A DNA stretch of 62,575 nt, counting the filler, from Stramenopiles sp. TOSAG23-3 (lineage: Eukaryota): the NCBI GenBank assembly GCA_900128585.1. It is 6 parts of 6 records of this genome, joined end to end, with 100 filler letters (N's around TTAATTAATTAA, not from the genome) between each part and the next. Parts side by side here need not be neighbours in the genome. Positions count along the whole stretch, not along the records: positions 1 to 12,079 come from LT642710.1; positions 12,180 to 24,248 come from LT642711.1; 4 more parts are not named here. One strand, 5' to 3'. Below the pieces are notes generated by a model. The model ran no database searches, was not told the origin of the DNA, and saw nothing but the letters and a program-made list of their open reading frames with translations. This document shows positions 9,438-19,400 of the stretch, piece by piece; the first letter of the stretch is position 1, and every line of letters starts with the position of its first letter. A program made the position numbers and the translations under genes.

Positions 9438-10806
9438 CAGCAACGCCCAACCCTCTAGTTATCCCTCAACTTAATATATACTTTGTACAATATATACAAA
9501 AAGATTAACCTGCTATTGACAATAGTCAACGTCCTTTCACTTGAAATAATTTTTTATTCGTCTCGACGAATCATGGATACGTCAATATACTGTATATAAA
9601 ATAGAAAGACAACTTTGCAAATTTCCATGATGGCTCATCAAATAATTTTTTAGCGAAGAGAAGAAGCGCGATCGATGTGCATATTCTATACTGTGTACCT
9701 GTAAAGTTCCCCATTGTCGTATTTTCTAAAAATCATAAAATATACCACCAACAACAATAAAAAAGCAAAAAAAAAAAAAAGAAGGAAATTCTTTATTGCA
9801 ACAATTGATTAAATACATAATCACAGCATCTATTTTTATTTTGTAAATTGTTCCTTTCAATGTTGTTTAATTCCCATCGATGTAATAACTTTTGAAGTTA
9901 CAACAAATTCATTGGAGGAAAATAAAAAAGTTAAAATTTCTATATTATCAATATACATAAACACAGCATTGAAAATCGAAGAGAAATAAATTGCATCGGT
10001 TCAAAGTATCTTTGGCGCGGAATTGAAATGTTGCAGTGGACTTTATGTTAACTATTTCAAACAAAGAGATAATTGTGAAAAAACGATTTTTTGTTAAATT
10101 TTAAAAGGGAAAAAGTGGTTTAAGATATATAAGATTGCGCCTGTACGATTCGTTTTTCTAAAACCGTTGAATGAATGAGTGTTTGTTTGGGTCGTGTTTG
10201 GTCCAAATCGTCCATTTCACATAAAATTGTCCCTAGGAACCGAATTTCCAAGTCATTTTAAGGCAAACAATTTATAAACGTTCGTTTGTGCTCGAGCGCC
10301 GTGGCAGGAACGATAGTCTGATCTAGAGAAATGCAGTTACGGGTCCTCCGCTATTTAGTTTGTCATTGTCTGGCCGAGCGCTTCCATACTTTGAAATTCG
10401 TGTCAGATTTTTATTCGCGCCAAGCCCAGTCGTTTGACGCAAATGTTTGGTATCAGAAGTGTAACCCTATACTACTGGTACCCTAAAATAAGACAAAAAA
10501 ATAAAAAAAGAAGAAGAAGAAAAAAAGATACGGAGAAGAGAGAGATCGTTTTATGCGCCGGGTGTGGGTGGTTGTGGTGATGCAAATTAGACGAAATACT
10601 ACAAGGACGAGACACGTGCAGCGCTCAGCGGTGAACAAATAAGAGGTCACACTTTTGTAATTCTTAGAATATCAAAAATTATACAGCATAGTTCAGCATA
10701 AAAAGCAGCAAGACACTAATAATTTGTTTTTTAATATTTGAGAAATGTACACTTGTGCTTCTTCTGACGAATGATACAAAATGTGCACAATGACCGACGC
10801 CTGCCC

Positions 10807-11694
10807 CTACCTATGCTTCCAGCTTGGCCTTTTCTTCTCTGCAAACGCAGTCATCCCTTCGACTTGGTCCTCTGTCGCCCAACACGAAACGAAACGTTGG
10901 TGCTCGTACTTCAACCCCTCTGCTAGTGGCAGATCGTAGCTTGAGAGGACGGCGTCCTTGACCTTCTTAATGGCTGGCAGCGATTTCTGCGCTATCCGAG
11001 CCGCAATGGCTTGTGCACGTTCGACAGTTTCTTCCGTTGGAACGACTTCGCTGACCAGCCCGGCGAGCATTGCTCTCTGTGCATCAATTGGGTCACCGGT
11101 TAGGTTCATCTGCATTGCCAAACTCTTGCCCACAGCGTGCGTGAGGCGTTGCGTCCCGCCTGCACCTGCCATGATCCCAAGGTTAATCTCTGGCTGCCCA
11201 AATTTCGCGTTCTCACCTGCGACTAGAATATCGCAGGACATGGCAACTTCGCAGCCACCACCGAAAGCAAAACCGTTGACAGCCGCAACGATGGGCTTTG
11301 CCGACGCAAGATTCCCCATCTGAAGAAGACTCTTCGACCGATCGTGCGACTCCATCTCATGGTAGTCCATACAAAGCATTTCCTTGATGTCGGCCCCAGC
11401 CGCAAACGCTTTGTCGCTCGCCCCGGTAAGGACCAGCGCGCGCACTCGGTCGTCTTGGTTCAACTCGTCGTACACTTCCTTCAAGCGTAGAACAATATCC
11501 GTGTTCAACGCGTTCAGGGCTTTCGGGCGATTGATCGTTATGGTAGCAATCGCACGGTCCTCGTCAACGTCCACAAGCAGCACATCGCTCGTTGCACTGG
11601 ACGAAGAGAAAGAACTTTTCACTGCAGCAGAAGAAGCAAGGACGGATCGACGGAGAAAACCGGCTGCACCGCTCTTTGCAAGCACAGAAAGCAT
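10807..11694 (-). CDS. ECHS1: Mitochondrial short-chain enoyl-CoA hydratase (crotonase)
   Basis: Presequence-like N-terminus; INRPKALNALN, AFAAGADIKEM, AAVNGFAFGGGCE, FGQPEINLGI..GAGGTQRL, EGMTAFAEK. Confidence 0.92.
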   Translation of the reverse strand: MLSVLAKSGAAGFLRRSVLASSAAVKSSFSSSSATSDVLLVDVDEDRAIATITINRPKALNALNTDIVLRLKEVYDELNQDDRVRALVLTGASDKAFAAGADIKEMLCMDYHEMESHDRSKSLLQMGNLASAKPIVAAVNGFAFGGGCEVAMSCDILVAGENAKFGQPEINLGIMAGAGGTQRLTHAVGKSLAMQMNLTGDPIDAQRAMLAGLVSEVVPTEETVERAQAIAARIAQKSLPAIKKVKDAVLSSYDLPLAEGLKYEHQRFVSCWATEDQVEGMTAFAEKKRPSWKHR

Positions 11695-11957
11695 TGTTGT
11701 ATGGACTACGGCGAGCGCACCCGTTCACTGCAATATATTGTATTTAAAAAAAAAGAAAAAAAAAGTGAGACTTTTTGTTTTGAAGCGAATGTATGTACGT
11801 ACCTATCGGATTGACACAAGCAACTGTTTGGGAAAAAAATTGATTGGACTCAGTCGAACAATTTCTATTCCAAGTTGAAAGATAAAAAATTACCAAAAAA
11901 ATATAAAAAAATTGTTGTTTCAACAACAAAAATCAACAACAACAAAAAAACGAAAAA

Positions 11958-11993
11958 AAGAAAGAAGAACGAAGAAGAAGAACGACGACGAAG

Positions 11994-12024
<31 letters not shown>

Positions 12025-12079
12025 GAAGAAGAAGAAGAAGAAGAAGAAGAAGAAGAAGAAGAAAGAAGAAGAAGAAGAA
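11958..12079 (+). repeat. (GAA)n microsatellite at contig end
   Basis: Directly visible; the contig terminates inside it. Confidence 0.95.
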
Positions 12080-12179
12080 NNNNNNNNNNNNNNNNNNNNN
12101 NNNNNNNNNNNNNNNNNNNNNNNTTAATTAATTAANNNNNNNNNNNNNNNNNNNNNNNNNNNNNNNNNNNNNNNNNNNN
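12080..12179. other. Artificial contig spacer N44-TTAATTAATTAA-N44
   Basis: Identical 100-nt linker with stops in all six frames; occurs five times in the window. Confidence 0.98.
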
Positions 12180-12235
12180 AACAACAAAAAAAAGAAATTC
12201 TTCTTTCATCATTATTATATTAGTTATTATATTTA

Positions 12236-14089
12236 TTAAATTACTACTATATACCGGTCCTCCTCCAAAATGGCAAAACTACCAAATTCTTCGTTCCATT
12301 TCAAGTATTCCGTTAGCTCGTTCTTCCCAACACTGGCGCGGACTTGGCGCAACGCGTCCAGAAGGTCTTGCTTGGCTATGTCGCGAAGGTCAGATGGTTT
12401 TACATACAGTTGGTCCCCGTTCAAAACGTCCTTCCCTTTCATTGCATCGCGAAGCGGGGCCATTGCAGCCTCGCGGCACAGACCGTCCAGGTCCGAGCCC
12501 GAGTACCCCTTTGTTAAGCGGACAAGCTCGTCGTAATCTTCCTCGGCAAGGGTATTCGAGTTTTGCGTCAAGAGTCTGCTCAAGAGCGCTTTCCGCGCGG
12601 TTTTGTTCGGCAACGGTATGTACAAACGTTTCATGAAGCGCCGGCGCGCCGCCTCGTCGAGCTCTTGCGGCCGGTTGGTCGCCCCCAGCACCAGGATCTT
12701 CTCGTCCCCGTCGCACCCGGCGCCGTCCAGCTGGACGAGAAACTCAGTCTTGATCCGCCTGCTCGCTTCGTTCTCCTCGGAGGAGCGTTGGGAGAGAAGC
12801 GAGTCGATCTCGTCGATGAATATGACGGACGGCTGCTTTGCCGCGGCGACGCCGAAGAGGGCACGGACCAGCTTTTCACCCTGCCCAATCCACTTGCTCG
12901 TCATAGACGAGGCGGAAATGCTGAAGAAGGTTGCGCCCGTCTGGGACGCGATCGCTTTCCCGATCATCGTCTTTCCCGTGCCCGGGGGGCCGAAAAGCAG
13001 CAGCCCTTTCGGAAGCTGGCGCAGGCCTTGAAACATGTCCGGGTACAAAATGGGCATCACCACGATCTCTTGGCAGGTGCGCTTGGCAAATTCCAGCCCA
13101 GCAATATCGTTCCACTGCACCTGTTTTCCCGTCACGAGAATCTCGTTTTCGATTTGCTCGACCAGCGCAGGGTCTAGGCATTTCAGACGAGGGTGGAGCT
13201 CTTCCTCTGCACCATCAAAGCCGTCGCCGTTCGACCCGGGCGCAGACGCGGACGCCGCGGCGCGGACTGCCCCGGACGTGCCACCCCCCCAACCGCCGTC
13301 CCTGCGCTTGCGAACGTTCCTGCCAGTTCGGCCGCCACCATTATCTGTCGAACCGATCGGGCGAGGGGGCTGGAAGCCAGCCCGGCGCTTCAGCCCCAGG
13401 GTCTTCTTCGAAGCGTTCTCGTTGCTGGTTGACCTCCCGGAAGCAGTTCCATAGTTGGCGCTCCGTCGCTTGAGCTTTTCTTTCAGCAGCATTTCGTCTC
13501 TCGCGCTCGAAAATCCCCCGAAATTTTTCTGCTCCCCCATCTCCTCGTCCTTGTTGGTGTAGCCTCCCTCGTTTCCACGACCCGGACGCCGCCACTGCTG
13601 TTGTTCCCGTTGTTGCTCTGGGGGCCGGAACCGAGTGCGGGCTTGGTTTACGCGCTGGACGCCTGCGTTCCCTTGGCGTTCCCGACGCGATGCCAGCTCG
13701 AAGTCTGGCAGGGGCGCGTTTTCCGAGTGGGGCCTGTTGGTGTTCGTGCACTTCAAATGTTTTTCCAGCCGGTGCAAGACGGACTGCGTAGAGATGGTAC
13801 TTGGGAGCGAAGAAACCGACGGTGGTACTTTCGCCGTTTCAAGGTGTTCGTCTATTGGCCGGGCGTTCCGCGTCTCCATTTTCAGCCAGTGCTGGATTTG
13901 ACTCAAGGGTCCGCAGTAGGTGTTCGATGCCGGATTGCGCCTGGCTTCCGCGTCCAGCAGAGTAAGGCCTTGCAGACGGGCGAAAAAAATGTTCGGCTGT
14001 ACAGCGGTACCCATCACGCTCTCCTGTTGTTTCTCTATGTGGTCTTTCAGGTGCCTGAATCTCGCCATGTCCACCGAACTCGTCTCCAT
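12236..14089 (-). CDS. FIGNL1: Fidgetin-like 1 AAA+ ATPase
   Basis: LVEQIENEI, WNDIAGLEFAK, GLLLFGPPGTGKTMIGKAIAS, SKWIGQGEKLVRALF, IFIDEIDSLL, ATNRPQELDEAARRRF, WNEEFGS; upstream KKTLGLKRR..FQPP motif. Start placed at METSSVD. Confidence 0.88.
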   Translation of the reverse strand: METSSVDMARFRHLKDHIEKQQESVMGTAVQPNIFFARLQGLTLLDAEARRNPASNTYCGPLSQIQHWLKMETRNARPIDEHLETAKVPPSVSSLPSTISTQSVLHRLEKHLKCTNTNRPHSENAPLPDFELASRRERQGNAGVQRVNQARTRFRPPEQQREQQQWRRPGRGNEGGYTNKDEEMGEQKNFGGFSSARDEMLLKEKLKRRSANYGTASGRSTSNENASKKTLGLKRRAGFQPPRPIGSTDNGGGRTGRNVRKRRDGGWGGGTSGAVRAAASASAPGSNGDGFDGAEEELHPRLKCLDPALVEQIENEILVTGKQVQWNDIAGLEFAKRTCQEIVVMPILYPDMFQGLRQLPKGLLLFGPPGTGKTMIGKAIASQTGATFFSISASSMTSKWIGQGEKLVRALFGVAAAKQPSVIFIDEIDSLLSQRSSEENEASRRIKTEFLVQLDGAGCDGDEKILVLGATNRPQELDEAARRRFMKRLYIPLPNKTARKALLSRLLTQNSNTLAEEDYDELVRLTKGYSGSDLDGLCREAAMAPLRDAMKGKDVLNGDQLYVKPSDLRDIAKQDLLDALRQVRASVGKNELTEYLKWNEEFGSFAILEEDRYIVVI

Positions 14090-14727
14090 CGTTTCTATTT
14101 CTCTACCCTTCCTCCTGGTTGAACGATCCCTATCAAAAAAAAAAAAAGAAAAGCAACAATGCAATACTGAGAATTATGTGAACGGAAATGCTTTAACGTC
14201 TTTAAAGACAGAAAATAAACAAGCGGGAGATAACACTTAACCGCTTAAAACTATTCTGTTTGGATTTCTATTGTTAAAATTATTATTATCAATCTATATA
14301 TAAATAGAAGACAATCGTCGTTTCTTTTTTATTGTATTATTATTATTTTGAAATTCGAAAATCTTTCAATCTATACAATCATCTACAACACACAAAAAAC
14401 AGAGAAGAAGAAAGAAAGAGTCGCAGAAAGAAAGAGTCGCAGAAAGAAAGAAAGAAAGAAAGAAAGAAACAAGAAGAAGAGAAAGAAAGAAGAATGAAAG
14501 TCAATATATAGATTCAGTATTAATACTACCACAGCAGCAGCAGCAGAGGAGAAGGAGGGGCGGGGCGGCGGGCGCGGGGCTGCTCTTTTTTTCTTCTTGT
14601 GGCTATCCATCAACATAGCAATAACAGCAGCAAAGAAAAAACAGAGAAGAAGAAGGTGAGGAGGAGAGAGCACAATTCGAAGATCGAAGAACACCACCAC
14701 CACCACCACCACCTCCAAGAGAAAGTA

Positions 14728-14793
14728 CAGCAAACAACAATTGAATTGGGAAACAGGAAGTACAGAAAACAACAATTGAATTGGGAAACAGGA
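14728..14793 (+). repeat. Direct repeat, two copies of about 28 nt (AAACAACAATTGAATTGGGAAACAGGAA), upstream of the MFS gene
   Basis: Visible twice with a 35-nt period. Confidence 0.85.
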
Positions 14794-14941
14794 ACCCTCG
14801 ATGGATGAAAGTTGTTCCTTCTGTTGAATTTCGTTAAACTATCGTGCATTGCGACGTAGTATTTTTCGTTAGTTTCGTTATTGTTTTTGTTTGGTTAAAC
14901 TCTTGTGCGTTACGTACGACGTAGTATTTTTCGAGGCGCAG

Positions 14942-16201
14942 ATGGAGGGTGTGCGGGCGCCCCCATCCTATGTGAACTATGCCGCGGCGGCGTTCTGCCT
15001 AACGTTTGGGAGTTACTTTGCTTTGGCAAACCAACTTACATCATTGCTTGGGCTTGAAGGTTTTTTTATTCTGGCGTCTTTACAGGCGGCCTTCGTTGTG
15101 GGAACAATGTTCGGCCCGTTGGTGTTGTGGTACGTAGGGGACGCCACCAGAGTATTTCGCTTCTCAGCGTTTGGCTTTTGCCTGTTCAATTTTACACTTG
15201 CCGCCACCATTTCCTCTAGCTCGCGATGGGCTCTGTACACCTTTGCAATAATCTGCGGCTTTAGTGGAAGTTGGATGTGGGTTGCACAAGGCGTTTACGT
15301 AGCATCGTTGTTTCCCAAGGCTGAACAGGGCGCAGGGTTTGGCCAATTCAATTCAATATTTTCAATAAACGGGGTATGGGCGTATATCCTATTGCTTGTG
15401 CTTGACCAGGCCGGGGTGCCCTCACAAACCGTTATGTGGGTCTTTTTTGGTACTTCTGTCGTGGCATGGGCAGCATTTTTTCTCGTGCAGCCATGGAAGA
15501 TGCAGGTGAATTTAAAGGACGGCGCAGCGAAGGAAAGGCCTTCCACCATGCGTCGACTCTCATCCATGTTGCGGATGTACAGGAATCCTACAATGTTGAA
15601 GCAAGCCCTTGCGGCGCTGTGGGCTGGCCACACCGAGGGCATGTACTGGAGTACAATTGCACAGCAGTACAGAACACCGTCCTTGATAGCTACATGCTTC
15701 TTGGCCCAAAGCCTTGTTGCACTGGTGACCTCTGTGGCGATGGGTAAGTTAAGCGACCGTTTAGGACGATTTATTTGCATGTCAATCTGCTTGGTTGTCG
15801 CTTTCGTGACGAATGTTTTCACCGGGTTTGGGGTGATGATAAGCGAAACGGACAAGGAACGTGCCGTGTTACGGTTTATTTTGCTTGTTGGCGGGGCGAT
15901 AGGGTTTGGCTTTAGTGATTTTCCGCTTCAGGCTATGCTACGGGGCAACTATTCGACGGTATGGAGGCATGATGTGCAGCAGTTGAACCCAGCAATGGCG
16001 AACTTGCTTTTCACCCTCATGCTCGGGACGTTGTTTGCCGCAATAACAGGGGGCTTTATCGATGTCTGGTATTCTATATTGTTCAACTGTGCATTTGCAA
16101 TTTTTGCCTTCTTTGGGCAATACTTTACCCCAAAGGAGATTAATCGGATGGTAGAAGACGCGGAGAGCGAACGGAAAATTGAAAACAACACTACGATATA
16201 G
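14942..16201 (+). CDS. UNC93-like major facilitator superfamily membrane protein
   Basis: About 11-12 hydrophobic segments; GFSGSWMWVAQGVYV (UNC93-type W.AQG.Y) and MFS motif A GKLSDRLGR. Confidence 0.75.
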   Translation: MEGVRAPPSYVNYAAAAFCLTFGSYFALANQLTSLLGLEGFFILASLQAAFVVGTMFGPLVLWYVGDATRVFRFSAFGFCLFNFTLAATISSSSRWALYTFAIICGFSGSWMWVAQGVYVASLFPKAEQGAGFGQFNSIFSINGVWAYILLLVLDQAGVPSQTVMWVFFGTSVVAWAAFFLVQPWKMQVNLKDGAAKERPSTMRRLSSMLRMYRNPTMLKQALAALWAGHTEGMYWSTIAQQYRTPSLIATCFLAQSLVALVTSVAMGKLSDRLGRFICMSICLVVAFVTNVFTGFGVMISETDKERAVLRFILLVGGAIGFGFSDFPLQAMLRGNYSTVWRHDVQQLNPAMANLLFTLMLGTLFAAITGGFIDVWYSILFNCAFAIFAFFGQYFTPKEINRMVEDAESERKIENNTTI

Positions 16202-16476
16202 AGGTTCACACCCAAACGGATTGAGGGCAAACTCTGTAAAGAAAATATTTTTTTTACAAATTATAATTACACAGCACAGATTTTTAAAAACATTGGATAA
16301 ATAATAAAAAAAACCGCATTATAATCGTCCTATAAATACGAGTAAGTTAATTCTTACGTATCATATAAGAGAAAAATCTTACTTCGTAAGAAATATCTTC
16401 CTTATGTTTTTACACAGGTAGACTGTGAACTAGTTTTTTCTTTTACGCAACACACAAAAATACAACCCCATTAACT

Positions 16477-19400
16477 TCATGCATAGTAGTTGTTTGGCAA
16501 GAAGAAATCTTGCAACCAATCTAGCTGCGACTGCGAAAAGTGCAGCATATGCTCGCTCCACTCATCGTTGTGAGTCCGCTTGAACTGCGCAAGAGCTCTT
16601 TTAATGATCCCAGATGCACCCCCAGGGTCCTGGGCAACACGGCACATCAATACCAGAGCGTCTGGAACGAAATGCGGGACTGAGTAAGGGAACCTTTCTA
16701 CTATTGCCGCCAGCCCCAGCACCCCCGCCAAGCGTTTACGGTAGGCCTTCTTCCTCTTATTCGGGAATTTCTCCTTCGGGACTTTAGTTCGTGCCATCTT
16801 TGAAAATACCCCAGACAGCTGTTCAATCTCCAGATCAGAACAAAAATGCATCATGACGGTCAGAACTTCACGCGCACCGTCCTGGACCTCCGGTCGTTTG
16901 TCAGACAAGCATGTCTGCGTTATTTCCATCAATTCATTTTTCTGGTCAGATGAAAAGACCAGCTGGTGCCTTCGGTAAAAGTTGACAACAAAAGAGAGTG
17001 CTGCTATTCTGTTGTGCCAAGACGAGCTTGTCGCGCTGTCTTTCACAAACTTTATGAGCAAATCAAGATCCCCCGCATTTGCCTGGATATAACTTGATGC
17101 ATAAGAGACCGCAGTTCTTGCCAACGCGACCCGTTCTGCGTGTTTTCCACCCGCAGCACTAGCATTCTGGAATTTCATTGTTGCGGACAACAACTCGAGT
17201 ATGTAAGGTGTTCCATAGTCTACCAGCCCGTACGAGGCCAAGTTAATCATCCAGTAGCAAGCACTTTCGGTTGCAGCGCTTCCAGCTTCTTCACAGCTCA
17301 GTTCTGTTCTTGCAAACACTTTTAAGGCCTCCCTCACATCCACGCAATCGTGCACTTCGGCAGAGATACTTAGCCACGCCAGGCTGTAGCTTGCACTTTT
17401 TCTACACGAGTCAAATTGGCTCTTGCTTGCTCGGCGCAGAGATGGCAGCATGATTTTCAGGCACATTCGCAATATGTCCTGTGCGTCTGTGCGGTCCGTG
17501 TAACCAGGCAATTCTCGCAGCACCCCTGACAAAATGCAAAGCCACCTGGTCGTCCCCGCAAACGAAGTCTCTTCGTCACCATCGTTTCTGTTTGCGGCCA
17601 CATCAAACTCCTTCACAATTTTCTCGTGAATAAATTTAATGAAAACGCGTGCGCAGCCTGGTTCGACGCTCGTTATAGTGAACGCATGGCACCACATCCC
17701 AATCCATGACAGTGGGGTTTGGCTGACCCCGTCTTCGATGACCGGCCAAAACTCTTCGATAACGCGGGTGGTGTTTTCCGGGCCAGTTTCGCCGCCAACA
17801 GCGCCCGCAAAAATTTCAGCGGCCGTGACGATTTTTTTCTTTTCTACCCCAGAATCTTTAGCTCGGAGTATTGATGATACGAAATCTATCACATGCTTTA
17901 AATGCTTTCCTTGACCCAAACACAACGATGCAACGGCTGAGCTGTGCTTCAATTTAAACATACCCATGCGAACTGGGTACGTCGACCCTTTTGTGTTGCT
18001 CGGGCTCCAGAGCAGATTGCGAAATAATTCCCGGACACCTGGTGTCCACAAAGAGCGCGGCGCGGAGGAAGATTGTGGGTCCTTGTGGTCAAGCAGAATA
18101 GAATTGCAAATGGCATCTATATCCTCTTTCCCCCCAAATCCACCCGGTTGGTGCCGAAGAAACGCAGAAAGCGCCAACTGGTTTAAAGGCATTTCTTCAC
18201 GGTGAATAAGGTCCAAATACCACGCACATGCATTGCTCCTCGGGCCTTCCAGCTTTGCACCCAATCCCACCGGCTCTGAAAGGATCATAAAGGTGGTAGC
18301 CACGACGGTATGGAACCAACGCATTTCGTCTTTCTTCTCTCGAAGTCGGGCCACTGTTTCCAGCACGTACTCTTGGTAAGATTTTTCATCACGGCCAGGA
18401 ACGACGTTTTGCTTCTTTGTTGCAATTGCGACAATGAGGCTGCTAAGGATTGTTTGCGCTTCTTTTTTCTTATCCGCAACTAGCGAATCGATGAACACAG
18501 AGGATGCAGCGGCCTCGTAAAAGCGCTTGCACAACTGCCAGTCCGTTGTGAGCGAGAAGAGAACACGCTTCTTGAGAAACATCGACAGTGTTCCAAGAGC
18601 AGTACCAGTGGAAGTGGCAGGCTTGCTAATAATGTCAATCATAACATCTACGCATTGCTTACACAGCCGGCGCCTCGTGCTTAGCATATCGTCCAAGGAC
18701 TGGCTTGTGCAAGCACGTACGTCCCGGTATTCGTTTTGCGAGACATTCATCACCAAAGCCTCTGCCAAGAGCCCCAGCTCTTTCGATTCTTTTTCGTGGG
18801 GGTCGATTTCAACCGCAAAAACTTTCATTTGCCTTTCCACGTGCGTAATCTCAGCCTTTAAAATTGCCGTGAACGTCGGGGTTTCCATTTGCCAGCGCAA
18901 CGATTCTGAGTCTTCGGACTCTTTAAGAATGACCTTCCAGTAGGAACTGTGTTCTAAACTGGACACAGTTTTTGCTATCGCATCTATGAAATACGCCTCC
19001 AATTTCGCACCAATGCGATCCCAAGTGCCGTAAGTAGACACAGCTAGTTGGGCAAGCCCGATGCCCTTCTTCAGAGTGCCCGGGTCCGAGGTTTCATCGT
19101 TTCCAAAATAGCGAAACATCTCTAGGCAAAATTTAGCAATTTTGGGACGTATGGGTTGCGCAAATTCTTTGTTGGCAGTAATGCCTTCTACGGCCCGCAC
19201 CACCATGTCCAAATAATATTTCCATTGGTCCAGTTCAGTTCGCGATTTTTCAAACGGAGACTCAAAATGCTTTCGCAGTACTGTTATAGACTCATCGATA
19301 AATCGGGAGCAGAAGCGTTTCGCAAAATCAATCTCTGCCGGCGAGGGTACGTGCCACTCAATTTTGTGCTCCGACCAAGCGCCGTTTTGGCACCACAAAT

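Noticed and set aside
10288-10335. GTGCTCG...GGAACGATA...AGAGAA superficially like U6 snRNA
   Set aside because: It lacks the ACAGAGAAGATTAGC core and the downstream stem.
12124-12135. TTAATTAATTAA as a biological motif such as a piggyBac TTAA site
   Set aside because: Always centred in N44 flanks; it is a synthetic six-frame stop linker.
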